This document shows positions 39,480 through 52,270 of a stretch of DNA of 64,000 nt, in pieces. The first letter of the stretch is position 1, and every line of letters begins with the position of its first letter. Both the position numbers and the translations under genes were made by a program. This DNA comes from Isurus oxyrinchus. Taxonomy: Eukaryota. The DNA is taken from contig JANJGN010000041.1 in the NCBI GenBank assembly GCA_026770705.1, forward strand, positions 1,488,001 through 1,552,000, given 5' to 3'. The notes under the pieces are model-generated. The model was not told the DNA's origin and did not search any database. It was given only the letters and a program-made list of their open reading frames with translations.

Positions 39480-40850
39480 CAATAGTTTACAGGTCAACAA
39501 CGTTAACCCAGATCCTTTTGCACTGAAGCATTCTGACATTTCTCTCCATTTAAATAATAGGTCGTCGTTTTATTCTTCGGAACAAAATGTATAAACTCGC
39601 AATTATACATCTTAAAAACAATCCAGGAAATTTTCTCCCATTCAACTAAACTGTCCATATCCATTTGTAAATATCTGATATCTTAATTACAAATTACTTT
39701 CCCACCTTTTCTGTTTTCAGCTGCAATTTTAGCTACAGTGCCTTGTACCCCTGAGTCCAAGTAATTCATAAAGTTTGTAAATAGTTGGGCCCCAATGACC
39801 GAATCCTGTGGAAAAACATTATTTACCATTTGCCATCCAAAAAAAGACTCATTCATCCAGAACCTTAGCTTTCTGCTCATGAGCCGATACTCTATCCAAG
39901 CTCATATTTTACCAATCTTACCTTGTGTATTAATCGTTTGTGTGGCTTCTTATCAGTGGCCTTCTGGAAGTCGAGAAGTACAACATCCACAGTATGTCCG
40001 TTATGCACTTTGTTTGTCACATCTCCAAAATATCTAGCAAATTACCGCAACACGATTTACTCTTCATAAAACAATGCTGACTCTGCTGGATTATAATTCG
40101 ACTTTCCAAATGCCCCATTAATAATTCCTGACTCATGGATTCCAGCAATTTCTCAACTAGAGACATTAATCTGGTCTATAGTTTCCTACTTTCTGCCTCA
40201 CCTGCCTTTCTGAATAAGAACATCTTATTAATATTAATCCAATTCACTGCAATCTTTATGGAATCCAGGGTATTTTGGAACATAATTACCAATGCATACA
40301 CCAACTGCGCTGCAACATCCTTCAGGACCCTGGGATGTATGTCAAGGGGCCCTGGGGACCTGTCCCCATTTAATCGAAATTGTTTGTTCAGTACTGTTTT
40401 CTCTAGTTATGGGAATTGCTCTAAGTTCCTCCATCATGTTACGATTGGGGCGGCACTAGTTTCCTCCACTGTGAAAATTGAGGCAAAATATTGAGGCAAA
40501 CTTATAGTTCCATTTTGTGCATTCATCACTACTAACGCCCCAGTCCTACCCACCAAGGGACCAACATTCACTTTAGTTACTCTACTTCTTTTTATATACT
40601 TGTAGATACTTTTAATATCAGTTTTTAAATTTTGCGTTAGTCATCTTTAATACTTTTCCTTTGGTATTTTGTGATTGCTCGTACCTTTGTTCATCTTTAA
40701 AACGTTCCCAATCTTCCAACTTTTCACTGATCTTTGCCTTTCGCTATGCATTTTTTTGGGACTTGTTGTCAGCTTTAACTTCGTTATTTAGCCAAGGATG
40801 ATTTTTTTCCCCTCTTACCATCTTTCTTCCTCATTGGAAAGATTGTTCAC
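39480..40850 (-). mobile_element. CR1 LINE ORF2 fragment
   Basis: Minus strand: VFPQDSVIGAQLFTNFMNYLDSGVQGTVAKIAA (decayed VPQGSVLGP.LF.IYINDLD...KFADD); gacaggtccccaggcccc...catcccagggtcctgaagga (DRSPGP...HPRVLK). Confidence 0.75.
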
Positions 40851-41062
40851 TATATTTTTGCCATTGTCACGAGGTATTTTAAATGGTACTTAAACTCATT
40901 TATGTGTCTGAATGTGTTATCCAGGTCGATTATCAGTACACATATTGAATGAAACAACCAGGTGAGGGTTTTAGGCCACATCGAGGGAAAATGTGCCCTT
41001 GGCTGCTGGTCTGCTGGATCAGTTTTCATTTAATTTTCCCAGTTTTTTTTTTTCGCTTGCCG

Positions 41063-41355
41063 ATAAATTAGTGATGCTTCTGTTCATGTCCAGAGGAAAG
41101 TGTTATCCTTCAACTTGTATTATTTGCTACCCAAAGCGAATGGCAGCGACCGAGTTCCTGGACATCATATCCGATCCAATGTTAAGGGGATTTGTCAGGC
41201 GAAATTCCCAGTTTTGTTCGTGTGCAATACTCTCATCCTGCATGTCTAAATTCATTGTGCTTCTATGTTTCTTTTTTAAATTTACCATCACTTCTTTCTG
41301 CATCAAAGTTGTCTTTATCAATGTCCCAACAGTGGATATTTGTTGCAAGAATCAC
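41063..41355 (+). pseudogene. Relic of GPCR exon 2, 5' part (locus B2)
   Basis: ORF 40993-41418 contains DKLVMLLFMSRGKCYPSTCIICYPKRMAATEFLDIISDPML...FCIKVVFINVPTVDICCKN, which resembles VILSRGKCGLSKCITHYMIAMATADLLVV...FTFDRFVVICCKK. The acceptor is mutated to CCG. Confidence 0.7.
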
Positions 41356-41417
41356 TTGTATTTCAGCCCCTCATGTTCAACTCCTTCTATCCATCCATCC
41401 ATCTATCTCTGTAACTA

Positions 41418-41715
41418 AAGCAAAAACATAAATACCTGTAAAAGCTCAGCAGGTCTGAGAACATCAGTAGAGAGGAACACAGTTAAAGTTCCGAATCCAT
41501 ATTCCGGTGATCATTGGCATTCTATCCAGCTCTACCTACCTCACCACCCTCCCTTAAACCAGCTTACATTTCACCTCTTTTCTATTTTAACTTATGTTCT
41601 GTTGAAGAGTCATACAAGATGGAAACTTTAACTATGTTTCTCTCCGCAGATGCTGTCAGACCTGTTGAGGTTTTTCTGGGTATTTTTGTTTTTGTTTTGG
41701 ATTTCCAGCATCTGA
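41418..41715. mobile_element. Short Penelope-tail element with inverted arms (paralog of 5695-5983)
   Basis: acctgtaaaagctcagcaggtctgagaacatc versus gatgctgtcagacctgttgaggtttttctgggt; hammerhead-like ctgttga-agagtc...gaaa at about 41619. Confidence 0.7.
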
Positions 41716-41727
41716 TTTTTTTTTCTT

Positions 41728-42015
41728 TTATCTATCTATCCATCTATGTATCTATCTATCTACCTACCTACCTATCTATCTGTCTATCTATCTATCAATC
41801 TGTACATCTATCTGTCTGTCTATATATATATCCATCCATCTTGCTCTCTCACTCTCTTGCTCTTTCACTCGCTCGCTCCATTTGTCGCATGCTCTGTCTC
41901 GCTTTCTCTCTCGCGTTCAACTCTCTCTTCAAATCAATCTATCCATTTGAATGTCTGTCTATCTGTGCATCTATGTGTCTGTCTATGCGTCTGTCGGTCT
42001 GTCTGTCTAACTATC
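41728..42015. repeat. (TCTA)n/(TCTG)n/CT compound microsatellite
   Basis: Direct observation. Confidence 0.9.
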
Positions 42016-42469
42016 TTGATGATTAATTGTCACAACACTACGACATGTGAGTGCGCTGCAAAAAACAGTGTCAGTGTGATATCACGTATGAGATTAGATC
42101 AAATCGATTGCCAAATTCTGCATAAAATGTCTGCTCAGGCGAAATAAATTAACTTTGCCCGTGATTCCCTGTCCTTAACGCACTTGACTCTGTTCTCCAC
42201 AAATGCTGAAATCACTGGATGATTCCTACTTTTGGTTATGCTGTATGTTTGTTATTTTGTTCCTAATCATGTTTTCAAATATATCATTTCATGTGGCGGC
42301 GATATGGTTAGATGGACCACAAGTCAATGCTCGATCCCAATTGCCCATGATATTGTGGAGGTGCACTACCTTCCTGTAATTGTACGTTTTATCTGCTTGA
42401 CGTCAGTGGCAATCCTTCAGTACCTAGAAAGACGTCCATCAGGCTCAGTTTGAATTCAGATGACTGAGG

Positions 42470-44210
42470 AGTCCAGTTCTGGATCTACATTTACTTCCAT
42501 TGTAGGACACGTTTTTTTGCACTAACGAGTGGAAATAAAAGGCTCTTTTTGATTCAATTCTTCTTGCTGTGTCTCGGCTTTTCAACCTCTCTTTTGAGTC
42601 GCTGAGCATCGATGTGGTTTTCGATTTGATGGACCGTGTTGTGCCAGGCCGAGAGACTGGCAGCATTCTCCTCCCGTTCCCTGGTGTTAATGCCTCCGAG
42701 CTTTAGGGCGACCTGGAGAGCACCCTTACACCTTTCTCTTTGGCCGCGCTTTGGACGAGGAATTCTCAGTGGCAGATGCAGGTATGGAGAGGCAACCATT
42801 TCCCAAAAAAGTTGCCCAACGATTGCCACATATATGCCGCATTTGTGTAGGAACTTGACCGGGGGCCTCCAGGCATCACAGCCTTACCCCGTTCCCCAAT
42901 CCTCCGTTCCTACAGGGCTTTTCGCCTGAAGCCGGCCAGTGAACACCATATTTTAGTAGTAGGAATCTGGTGCACCGGTTGTAGGGATCATATGGCGCAG
43001 GCACACCACGTTGCTTGAGGCACGTGACAAGCAACTTTTTGATGCAGCATCTCTATCCTCAGATATTTTGTCAGTCGAAAGCATTCTGAGTTAGCAACAA
43101 AGCACTCAGCAAGCAGCTGAATGTCTCCAGATCCTGAGCTGGTAGTGTGCATTGGCCGTGAGTGACACTTCCCTCTGCAGCTGTCCAATAAGCTCTGTGC
43201 AATGATTTAATTGTGGCACTTTGAAAAGGCTGCCTGTGGTCCTGAAATGAATGCGTAATCCTGCGTGAAGCTCTTTGAGTGCAAGCTTGGGGAATGACCG
43301 ACAAATATATGACAAGGTGTTGTCAGGACCCAATGTACTGGGATCCAGCTTCCAATCTCTGAGTTTGGCTTTGAGATTTCAGTAATTCTGTCGGGGAGCT
43401 TCCCGTCCTTTTCGAGTGTGGCGTTTTGGTACATAGACATTTTCCAGATGAACCGGATGACCTTCCCAGGCAACCGGGGCTCTAATGAACATATTTTGGA
43501 TGTTCGGCATGATGCACTTTGCAAGGTTATTGATTTTGTGGATTTTGTCCTGTCAACAACCGTTGGAAATATTTCATGGACAGTGATATTGGAAAGTTTT
43601 CATTAGCTATCTATAAGTCCGAAAGGTTATGCAAGTCCCGCACTGATATGGAAGTGATATGAAAAACACGGCCTGGCAGGCCTTGATCTTCCATCTGATG
43701 GAAAATCCATGTTTGCTTTGCAGAAGTCAGTAAGTGAAGCCTGCCAAGCACCGATCTTTTATTTGTCAGGGTGTGGGTAATTTGCCCATCTAGTTAGTGG
43801 CCTTGGAGTGCATGCTGCCAACTTCGCAAAACTTCCCTACTGAACAGAGGGATGCGTTGTTCAAAGTGGCTGTGGTATCGTGGAGCACGTGACCAGCAAC
43901 GGTTTGATGCAGCATCAGATATATCATCAATCAAAAAGATTCTGAGTTAGCAGCAAAGTGCACAACACAAAGCTGAAAGTCTCCGGATCTTGAGCTATGA
44001 GTGCGCTTTGGTCCACGAATAAGACTTCCCTCTGTAGCTGTCCAGTAATCTCTGTGCAAGGATTTAATTTTGGCTCTTTGAAACGGCTGCCTGTGGTCCT
44101 GAAAAGAATGTGTAATCCTAAACAAGCTCTTTGAGCGCATGCTTGGACAATGACTGACAAATATATGACAATCAGAGCTGGAGACATTAAATAAGCTTAT
44201 TTGGCACTGC
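42470..44210 (-). mobile_element. RTE-clade LINE relics, rearranged, with the RT segment present twice
   Basis: C-terminal RPKRGQRERCKGALQVALKLGGINTREREENAASLSAWHNTVHQ resembles the RTE pattern R.RG....R.KD.LK..LK...I....WE..A..R..WR..V. FRTTGS(L/R)FK occurs at both about 43240 and 44100. Confidence 0.7.
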
Positions 44211-46119
44211 AGGTGACATGAAATGGGCTCACACTGACCAACCACTTTGCATCCCTCTCATTATGACGCCATCGCCAAAGAGTGAATGTCACCTATCATC
44301 TGTTCAGGGCTGTTTTAACTCATGGATGAATTGGATAGTTTAATGACCAATAAGGGGGCCTAGGGTCATGAGGATGTAAGTGTGTGTGGTGAGGGAGTTG
44401 GTGGAGCCGGCTGGTGAACGATGCTGGTTGCGGGAGAGCATGTAGGAGAGCATGATTGAGCCCATGATCAGATAAACCATGAGCTTTCCGAGTTGCAGAA
44501 CAAGATCAAGGGGCCTAATGACCTATTGAACTTAGCAATTCTGTTCTTGGTGCTTCTTTCAAATGCAGCCAACCCAAAGCGAGAGGCACAATCGACTCGG
44601 GTTCATTATAATCGGTGCATCCATCTGCTACTGATTGTCTGCAGAGGAAATTTGAAGGCCATGAGTTAATTATTAGGTCTGGAATACCCGCCCAATGATG
44701 TACCCTAGATATCCCATTAATTCATTCAATAAATTGTTTTTCATTCAGTTCAAGCATCACTCTGGATGGAGTATGTGAGTGGGTGAGCAGGAGTATTGCA
44801 TGGCGTAGGGAATCGTTACTGAGGGTGGATCGGGTCGGAATGTTGTAAATTTATGTGCAACAACACACAATATAGGTCAAGTCACTTTCGGAAATGTCAT
44901 TGCCAGAGGAATCCCCAGAAAGATGTGGGCACCGTATGAGTTCCCTCTGAAGATTAAATGGCAAAGATATGCATCAGACATGTGCCCTATTGGAAAATAG
45001 AATGGGTTCTGTAACACAAAACTTCTGGCATTTCTCCACTAATTCTCCTGACGGTTCAGACCGATTGAGTTTCCTTGAATAATTTTGATCTAAATTAGTA
45101 ACGATTTTATACCCAACATTAATCTGTGTGTCAATGATTTCCCGCCATGTCTATGCACTCTGGGACCTACCCGTTGCCCATTAAAATATAGCACCTTCAA
45201 TTGTATTGACCACACAGATGATTCCAATGTTCAATGTTTCACTTCGAAACAGTTCCTTTCACAAGGAGAGCGACTGACGTAACCTGTTTGTTCAATGACT
45301 GAAATTAATTACTTTCTTCAGGGGACATGAATGCACTCATGGGGATTTGTCTGCTGCCTATAATAACAGTTCCTCTGAATGTCACATTTCATGTTTTCCA
45401 ACAGGCTCAGTGTATCTGTTTCAACTGGAGTTCACGATTCTCACCGACGATATAATTTGTTGTACTTCAACAGATACGGGCCATTTACAAACCCATTCTC
45501 GAAGCTCTCGTTTTCTGATGTCCATTTATTCACAAGCTCTTGGACAAACATCGTAACTTTCTGTTCTCCTTTCCATTCATGTATGAGGTCAACGCTGGCA
45601 ACGCCAGCATTTATTGTCCATCTCTAATTCCACTTGTGAAGTGGATGGTGAGCTGCTGTGCTCTTTGTGGTTTTGTTACATCCACAGTATTGTTAGCGGG
45701 TCGGGGTGTGGGTCTATTAAGATGACACAGACAAAGTGAATGAACGGCGATATTTTTGGGAACCAGGGCGATGAGTTGCTGGGAGAGGAACGTTCAGCTA
45801 GTGGCGTTCCCATGTTCATGTTGCCTTTCTCTTTCGAGATCGTAGCGGCCCTGGGTTTGATGAGGTAACTAAAGGGCTTCATGTTAGGCAAAGCAACATG
45901 TTTTCTCTGCTCCCTGCTACGAATACTATCGTGCGAGTTTTATCCTGGTGCTCCAGATTAATTAATGTGGCATCTCCTTCCGAATCAACTGTGATGTTAA
46001 TGTGTTTCTCTTATTTTCCTCAAATGAATTTAAAGCAGAAGAGGATTTCTACGTTTCAGCTCACACGTTCATTCCATCTTGTGCATCCATCTCTGCATGA
46101 AATATATCTCTTCATAAAT

Positions 46120-46189
46120 ATGGGAGAACTGATACTTCACCAGATAGAAGCCATTTACTATCCTATTCTCGCAGCTATTGGTATTCCTG
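46120..46189 (+). CDS. Exon 1 of intact GPR139/GPR142-like class A GPCR (copy C2)
   Basis: ATG (aatATGG) MGELILHQIEAIYYPILAAIGIP-G, then GTAAG donor at 46190; phase 1. Confidence 0.87.
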
Positions 46190-46804
46190 GTAAGAGCCTC
46201 AATACAATCATTACCGTATAAATGGATGTTTGCCTTCTTCTCAAACGTCGGTTCTGATAACATGGAATCGCAACTTTACTGTTGGGGAGTCATCAAAGCA
46301 GGGATGTATGTTTAACCATAACGGAAAGAGATGTCTTCCTGTTGCTGTATCTTACACTCTGTGGCATCCACTGCTGACACTTATTCTTGCTTTACGGAAT
46401 GTCTTGTAACAGGGTGGGCTCTGCAATTATTATCGTAATCAAGTGCAAACGCTGTTTGAACTTGTACGAAACACAATCTGTGAAAATCTGTGCAGAGGCA
46501 AATTCGCATTCTGCAAAATTTGGTTTCAAATACTTGAATCCATTGCTAATGGGTATCATTCAACTTCCAATATTCAAAGGAACTGAATCCCTTTCAAATC
46601 ACATACTTATTACCACAGCGATTTTTTTTTACAAATCTGTATGCAGAGAGGATATCTGGAAGTCTGGGTGAAACGGATTACTGTGTGTGCTGAAGTCATT
46701 CTGATGTTTACTCACCTGTCTATTGAAATACACAAAATTCTGCAGCCTCATTTATCAAACTTAATGCATATACATGAAGTGTAGTCACTGAAGTAACGCA
46801 ACTG

Positions 46805-47135
46805 TAACAGGCAATTTTTGGTCGGGAAGTTTCCAAAAGCAGCGAGTTGATAATGGCCGGATGATCTTTTCTGTGGGCTTTAGCTCAGGTTTAAATAGTG
46901 GTCAGGACGCAACGGGCTACAACACTGTTGTTCGGCGAAATAGTGGCATGGATTCTTTGACGTTTATCCTGTGATTCAAATTGAAATATGTTCTTAAAGT
47001 TTTTACTTCCAATAGTTCAGAACAACTACACTGCGACAATGGAGCATTAGCCGAGATTTTTGTTCTCAAGTACTGAGAATGGGCTTAAGTCGTCAAACCT
47101 CCACCTCAGTACGCAGATTGCTAACTGAGACATAT
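46805..47135 (-). mobile_element. Deu-domain tRNA-derived SINE (SacSINE-like), decayed
   Basis: gataatggccggatgatc...cgaaatagtggcatgg...gatttttgttctcaagt...tgctaactgag resembles the antisense of the shark Deu-SINE as I recall it. Duplicate at 51942-52270. Confidence 0.6.
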
Positions 47136-48879
47136 GTGGACCGATTTCGAAACACCTATGCTTTCGATCAGTTATCTGGTTCTCATTATTCTGCTCCTTT
47201 CAATTTCTAGCCTTCCACTTCCTGCTTTTATGAACCCTGCTTCCAAATCTAACTGATTTACATTGAGAATTGGAATAGATTGATATTAAGCATTATAGAA
47301 GTTGACCATTTGGCCGCATGAGGGTCCTCGACTACTCAAGTATATGATGGCTGAAAGTATGCCCCCACGACATTCTATCCACTATCTCATATCTTTGGAT
47401 GCATTTAATATTGAGAAATCGGTTCATAGGCACTTTCAAAATACTCAATGACAGCCCATGAGCGGAGTTTGCCATACATAATTTCGAACATTTACCACTC
47501 CCTGAGCAACGAAATTCGTCCTTAGTTCAATTCTAAATATAGACCTCATATTCTGAAATAGCTTTTCCTGGTTTTAGACACAACCGCAATGGGAAACATC
47601 CATCAAAGATCTACAGCACCGAAACTTATATGAACAGTGATTATTTCAGTGAGATCACTTCTCATTTACCAATGCTCCAGAAAGCAGAGGATGAGTCCCG
47701 ACAATGTTTCCACAAAGGACAATCTCAGCTAAATACCAGTAATCCAAGAAGTAATCTGCTGAACATTTCTTGTCACAGAGCTAAAACATCACCTAATGGA
47801 ATCTACACCGAATGAGTAAAGTAGAATGATTGACCAGCACCACAAACATCAGCATAAACACAGCACATGAAAATTGCAAGCTGGGGATAGGCTGGGCTTG
47901 GGGTTACAAATTATGGTTGTGCACAAATCAACTCCAGCTGATGGTCCACGGTGCCTCATGAATGCCCCCTTTTGAGTTCTTGATCAAGGTGAAAAAGGCT
48001 CATTTATCACAATGGTTGTCCTTCACAATGCAATGGACGGAAGCTCCAGTGTAAAGGAAGAATTAGTTTGCAGGACGTCCGTGACTTGGTAAATCCTATA
48101 AATCATTGAATGGACAGATGCACATGTGGTGGGTAGTAGGTTGGTGGACCGAATTCAATTTGGTTTCTGCACCTGGTTTTTTACCTGACCACATGCCAAA
48201 TACCCAGTCTAGCTTTTATCTTTAGGACTCTGCCTGTTCGGCCATTAGTGGAACTAACGATCCTCTCTTGCTCACAAACATCGAGTTCCCCGATGTATTT
48301 TTTTTTCTTGTCAATGCTCAAAACGTATGCCATTGGTGATCATTGATTCATCCGCTGAGAGGAACGGGAGGTGATCACCAGGAGAATATATTCATTGCCA
48401 ATGAATTACGTGATGTCATGAGATTTCATTTTAGTACCCGGTCTTCTCCACGCTATGCAAAATGGTGCACACTGAACGTGTTGCAAAATGGTATTTATGA
48501 AAGCAGCAATGCAATTGAGTGATAACAAGAAATTGGGTGAGTAATTAAACTTTTACATATGATTACTTCACTCAGATGTTTGCTGATGATTCATCTGAAC
48601 TTTAAAAACAGTAAGAGGACTTATTCAGATCAGGATAAACAACTTGAATTCTTAAGTTTACTGACTGATCGCAAATCAGGCAGTCTGCTTTATTCCTGAT
48701 TAAGTGCATATCCTTGAATTCTATTGGCGCGTAACTCATGTAGATAGGTCTGGCATATCAAATCGCACTCCTGATTTGTGCACTTTAGGTGGAGGAAAGG
48801 TGTTGGAGAGTCAGGGGATGCGTTGCTCACCACAGAATTCTCAGATGCTGACCTGCCCTTCTAGGCACAATCTCTTGTC

Positions 48880-50210
48880 AATGGATTGTCCAACACTGTT
48901 GAAATTGGGGGATTAAGGGATGATAATTCCATTAAATGTCAAGCGTATTTCGTTGCATATTCGTTTGGTGCTGATGGGCATTGCCTGTTAAATGTCTGAG
49001 CCGGTTAAACTTGTCATTTTTCAACACAACTCTGGCTATTGCCCAGTTCTTGATACACATGGGCACGGAATTCATCAGCATTTGTTGAGTCACGAATGGT
49101 GCTGAACATTGACCAACGATCAGCGGACACAACGCCCTCCCGCTACCTCACCCCCTCCCCAAGAAACCAAAACCTCCTTCTGTGTTTCAAATGGAGAGAA
49201 GTTCATTGATGCAACGGCTTAAGATGCTTGTGCTCAGGACACGGCCCTCAGGCTGTCGTCCAGTTACGTCATGGGGCTGAGACGATTCACCTGCAAGCAA
49301 AACAAAAAGAAAAAATACATACTTTTTGCTTGTTAAGACTCCAAGCAGTGGGGGAGTTGCCTCTTATTCTTAATGACTGCAGTTCTCATAGCTCTCCTTG
49401 ATACATGGTGTGACAAATGTTGTCTTGATATAAAACACAGCTGCTCACTCCTCACCTCATGAGTAGAGCACTTTTGACAAAATTTGCACTAAGGCCAGCC
49501 CTTAGCTGGAACTCGCACGATGCAAAAAGTGAGCTTCAGTGAGCAGTTTGCTGCGGAGTACTTGGCATTTGAAAGCATTGTCCATGATAATTTTCATCAC
49601 TTTGAACATTATGAAGTGTAGGCAGATGGGGCTGTAATTAGATTTATTGGATTTGCCGTGTTTATTTGTGGATAGGCATTCCTGTGAAAAAGCTCGCATT
49701 TTTTCATAGAGCCATTATTTTACTTGCACTATACCAGCTTCGATAGGCAGGCTTATTCAGGAGCACTGATCTCCCGTATTACCTGCATTATCCAGATGGA
49801 CCCATAGCCTCTGCCTCATCCAGTTCCTTAAGTCATAACTTAAATTCAAGGGCTGACAATCACATTGTATGAAGACTGGTATCTGTGATGCTCGTCATCT
49901 GTATGAAGAGGCCGGGATGGTTCATCCACCCGTCACTTCAGGATGAATGTGGCTGCACATTCTTCAGCCATGTATGTACACAGGTGCGTTGCCCTCCACA
50001 GTCATTGCCGATGCGGATATTGGTGAAAGCCGTCCAAAATGATGTGCAGAACTTCCCACAACTATTCAAGGTGACTGTGACAGGACTTCAGAGATGAGCT
50101 CTCGTTATTTGGTAGGGGAATCAATGAGACCTGTCTTTCTCATGCTGAATGCGCTATTTTGCTTGCAAGTTGCCCCGTCTTGCAATTCACCAGGTTAAGC
50201 CATGTTATTA
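48880..50210 (-). mobile_element. Decayed CR1-group LINE (second family) RT fragment; duplicate at about 54110-55430
   Basis: Minus ORF KSNKSNYSPICLHFIMFKVMKIIMDNAFKCQVLRSKLLTEAHF resembles KSNP.NYRPISLLSI.SKVME.......L..N.LL..AQF. Confidence 0.65.
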
Positions 50211-50755
50211 AGACTGATCACTGCTGCTGTGGACATATGACAGCTGTCAGCAAAGTTCCTTCGTTTGTGCAACTGACCTCGAAAGCCTGGAACGACAAGA
50301 GCAGAAGAGGCATTAGAACACTCTTAATTATAAAATCCTTTCCGAAACACACAACAAGCTGACTTGGAGTGAAATCACGCATCCCTGATTGTCACTCAGT
50401 CAAAAGCCTGGAAATCCATCGCTCATAGCATTTTGTCCGCACCCACTTCACATAGACTGCAACGCTGTAAAAACCCTTATGTCCAAGAAGAACTAGTGTA
50501 AACGGAAATAAAAGTGCTAATTATGTAAATGTATCCAAAGAAAATAAAATGTTGGATGATGACGAATCCATGAATATTAATAGATTTTTGTTTATTGGAA
50601 TGACGGCCTTGGCTGTTTTTCTTTCTTGCAATTCAACAAAGATTAGGTACAAAATGCATATTTTAATTTAAATTATTCCGGAGAATACTGGCCTCGAAAT
50701 GAGAACGTATATTTTGAATTCATGTCTGAATATCTAAGTATTTAACCAAAAGGAT

Positions 50756-51468
50756 TGGCTGGAATTTTCGTCCAAAAATCGCACACACCCCTCCCCCTCA
50801 GCTCCCCAAAACCTCCACTGCCCACCACTCACCCCCCTCAAAAATGCCAAAACCGCACGATGATCAACGACTTGCATCGGTGTAATGACGTCACGTACAT
50901 GAATCCCCCAGTTGCAGATGGAGAACAGGCGAGCCCAAGTTACGAACGAGCAAGTTATTGAGTTTGTGATCAACACAATCAGACGTTTTCTTGATTTGTG
51001 CTTTGCACTTGCCATGACCGAGAGGAGAGGAAAAAAAATGTTTCTGGGCAGCTACCACTACACAACAATCACGCGGAAGAGAGGTTCTGCCTCCGGGACC
51101 ATGATTAAATGTAGCAACAGATTTTGCTGGGGAATATGGCAGCAACGTCATGTATACTTTTCACTTTTTTGTTTCTTGCCTGAGCTTTCAACGAAAACTA
51201 TTATTGGAAAAACAGTTTCTGAGAGCAGATGGTGTTGAGCTTGCAGCCAGACCGACTTTCTGTTCCCAGCATTACACTCTGCTGCATGATGTTCAGGCTG
51301 TGACTGCCGATTGGACACGGACCCCATTTTGCATCATTGAATGACTCTTGCCCGTGGGAATTTAATGACTTGTGGAGCGGGAGGTGGTCTAAGGGAGGGT
51401 GAGTAGGGAAAGGGCTAATTTAACATTTCTCCAATATCACGCTTCGAAAAACGTAAATTCCGGGCCAC
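50756..51468. mobile_element. Non-autonomous DNA transposon (MITE, possibly PIF/Harbinger type)
   Basis: Imperfect terminal inverted repeats tggctggaattttcgt ... acgtaaattccgggcca; no transposase. Confidence 0.6.
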
Positions 51469-51941
51469 TGTCCACTTATTGTCATGTTTCTCTATGATCT
51501 TAAATCAGAATTAACGGTTTGAACCTGCACCGGAGGATATGTGTCACTTCTCTAGTGCAACTGCTACTATCGAGCCTGCAGCAATGTGCCATAACCACAA
51601 AGAAAATTTTGTAAATCGCACTCGGTGGTGCGTTCGCCGCAACATTCACAGAATCATTGAAAGGAATTTGCCCGTAAGTGCAAAATATGCAATAGAAAAT
51701 GGTTATTTTGTGCTTACACTGCGAATAGAACATTGTTGTTAAAGTGAAATGGATTTGGGACCTTGGGCAAAATTGTGTCACTCTGTTGTTCTTCAGACTC
51801 GGGTGATTGCAGTAACGACACGAAGAGGCACTTAAACCAAAGCGCACTGCACCTGCTCCACTGCTTGCATTTCTACAGCCTCATTTATCGGTCACTGTAA
51901 TGAATTTACATTAACTGTATGCATTGAAGTAACGTAAAAGG

Positions 51942-52270
51942 TGACAGGCAATTTTTGGTTGGGAAGCTTCCACAAGCAGAGAGTTGACAATGACCAGATG
52001 ATACTTTTTGCGGGCTTTAGCAGTGGTTTAAATACTGGTCAGGGCGCAAGGGGCTACACCAATGTTGTTCAGCGCAATAGGGGCATGGATTCTTTGATAT
52101 GTATCCTGTCAATCGATTTGACATCTGTTCCGAAAGTTGTTACATCCGGTAGTGCAGAAATACTTCAATATCACAATGTAGCATTGGCTGAGAATATTGT
52201 TTTCCAGTACTGAGGCCGGATGTAAGTAATCAAACATCTCTCTCAGCACGCACATTGCTAACTGAGACAT
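51942..52270 (-). mobile_element. Deu-domain SINE (duplicate of 46805-47135)
   Basis: gacaatgaccagatgatac...aaatactggtcaggg...caatagggGcatgg. Confidence 0.6.

Larger units (their letters stand above)
46735..51861 (+). repeat. Intronic tandem duplication, copy a (about 5.1 kb)
   Basis: Starts ttctgcagcctcatttatc and ends gcactgcacctgctcca; collinear with 51870-57131. Confidence 0.92.

Noticed and set aside
41514-42147. 170-aa and 133-aa ORFs
   Set aside because: Read through a PLE tail and TCTA microsatellite; low complexity.
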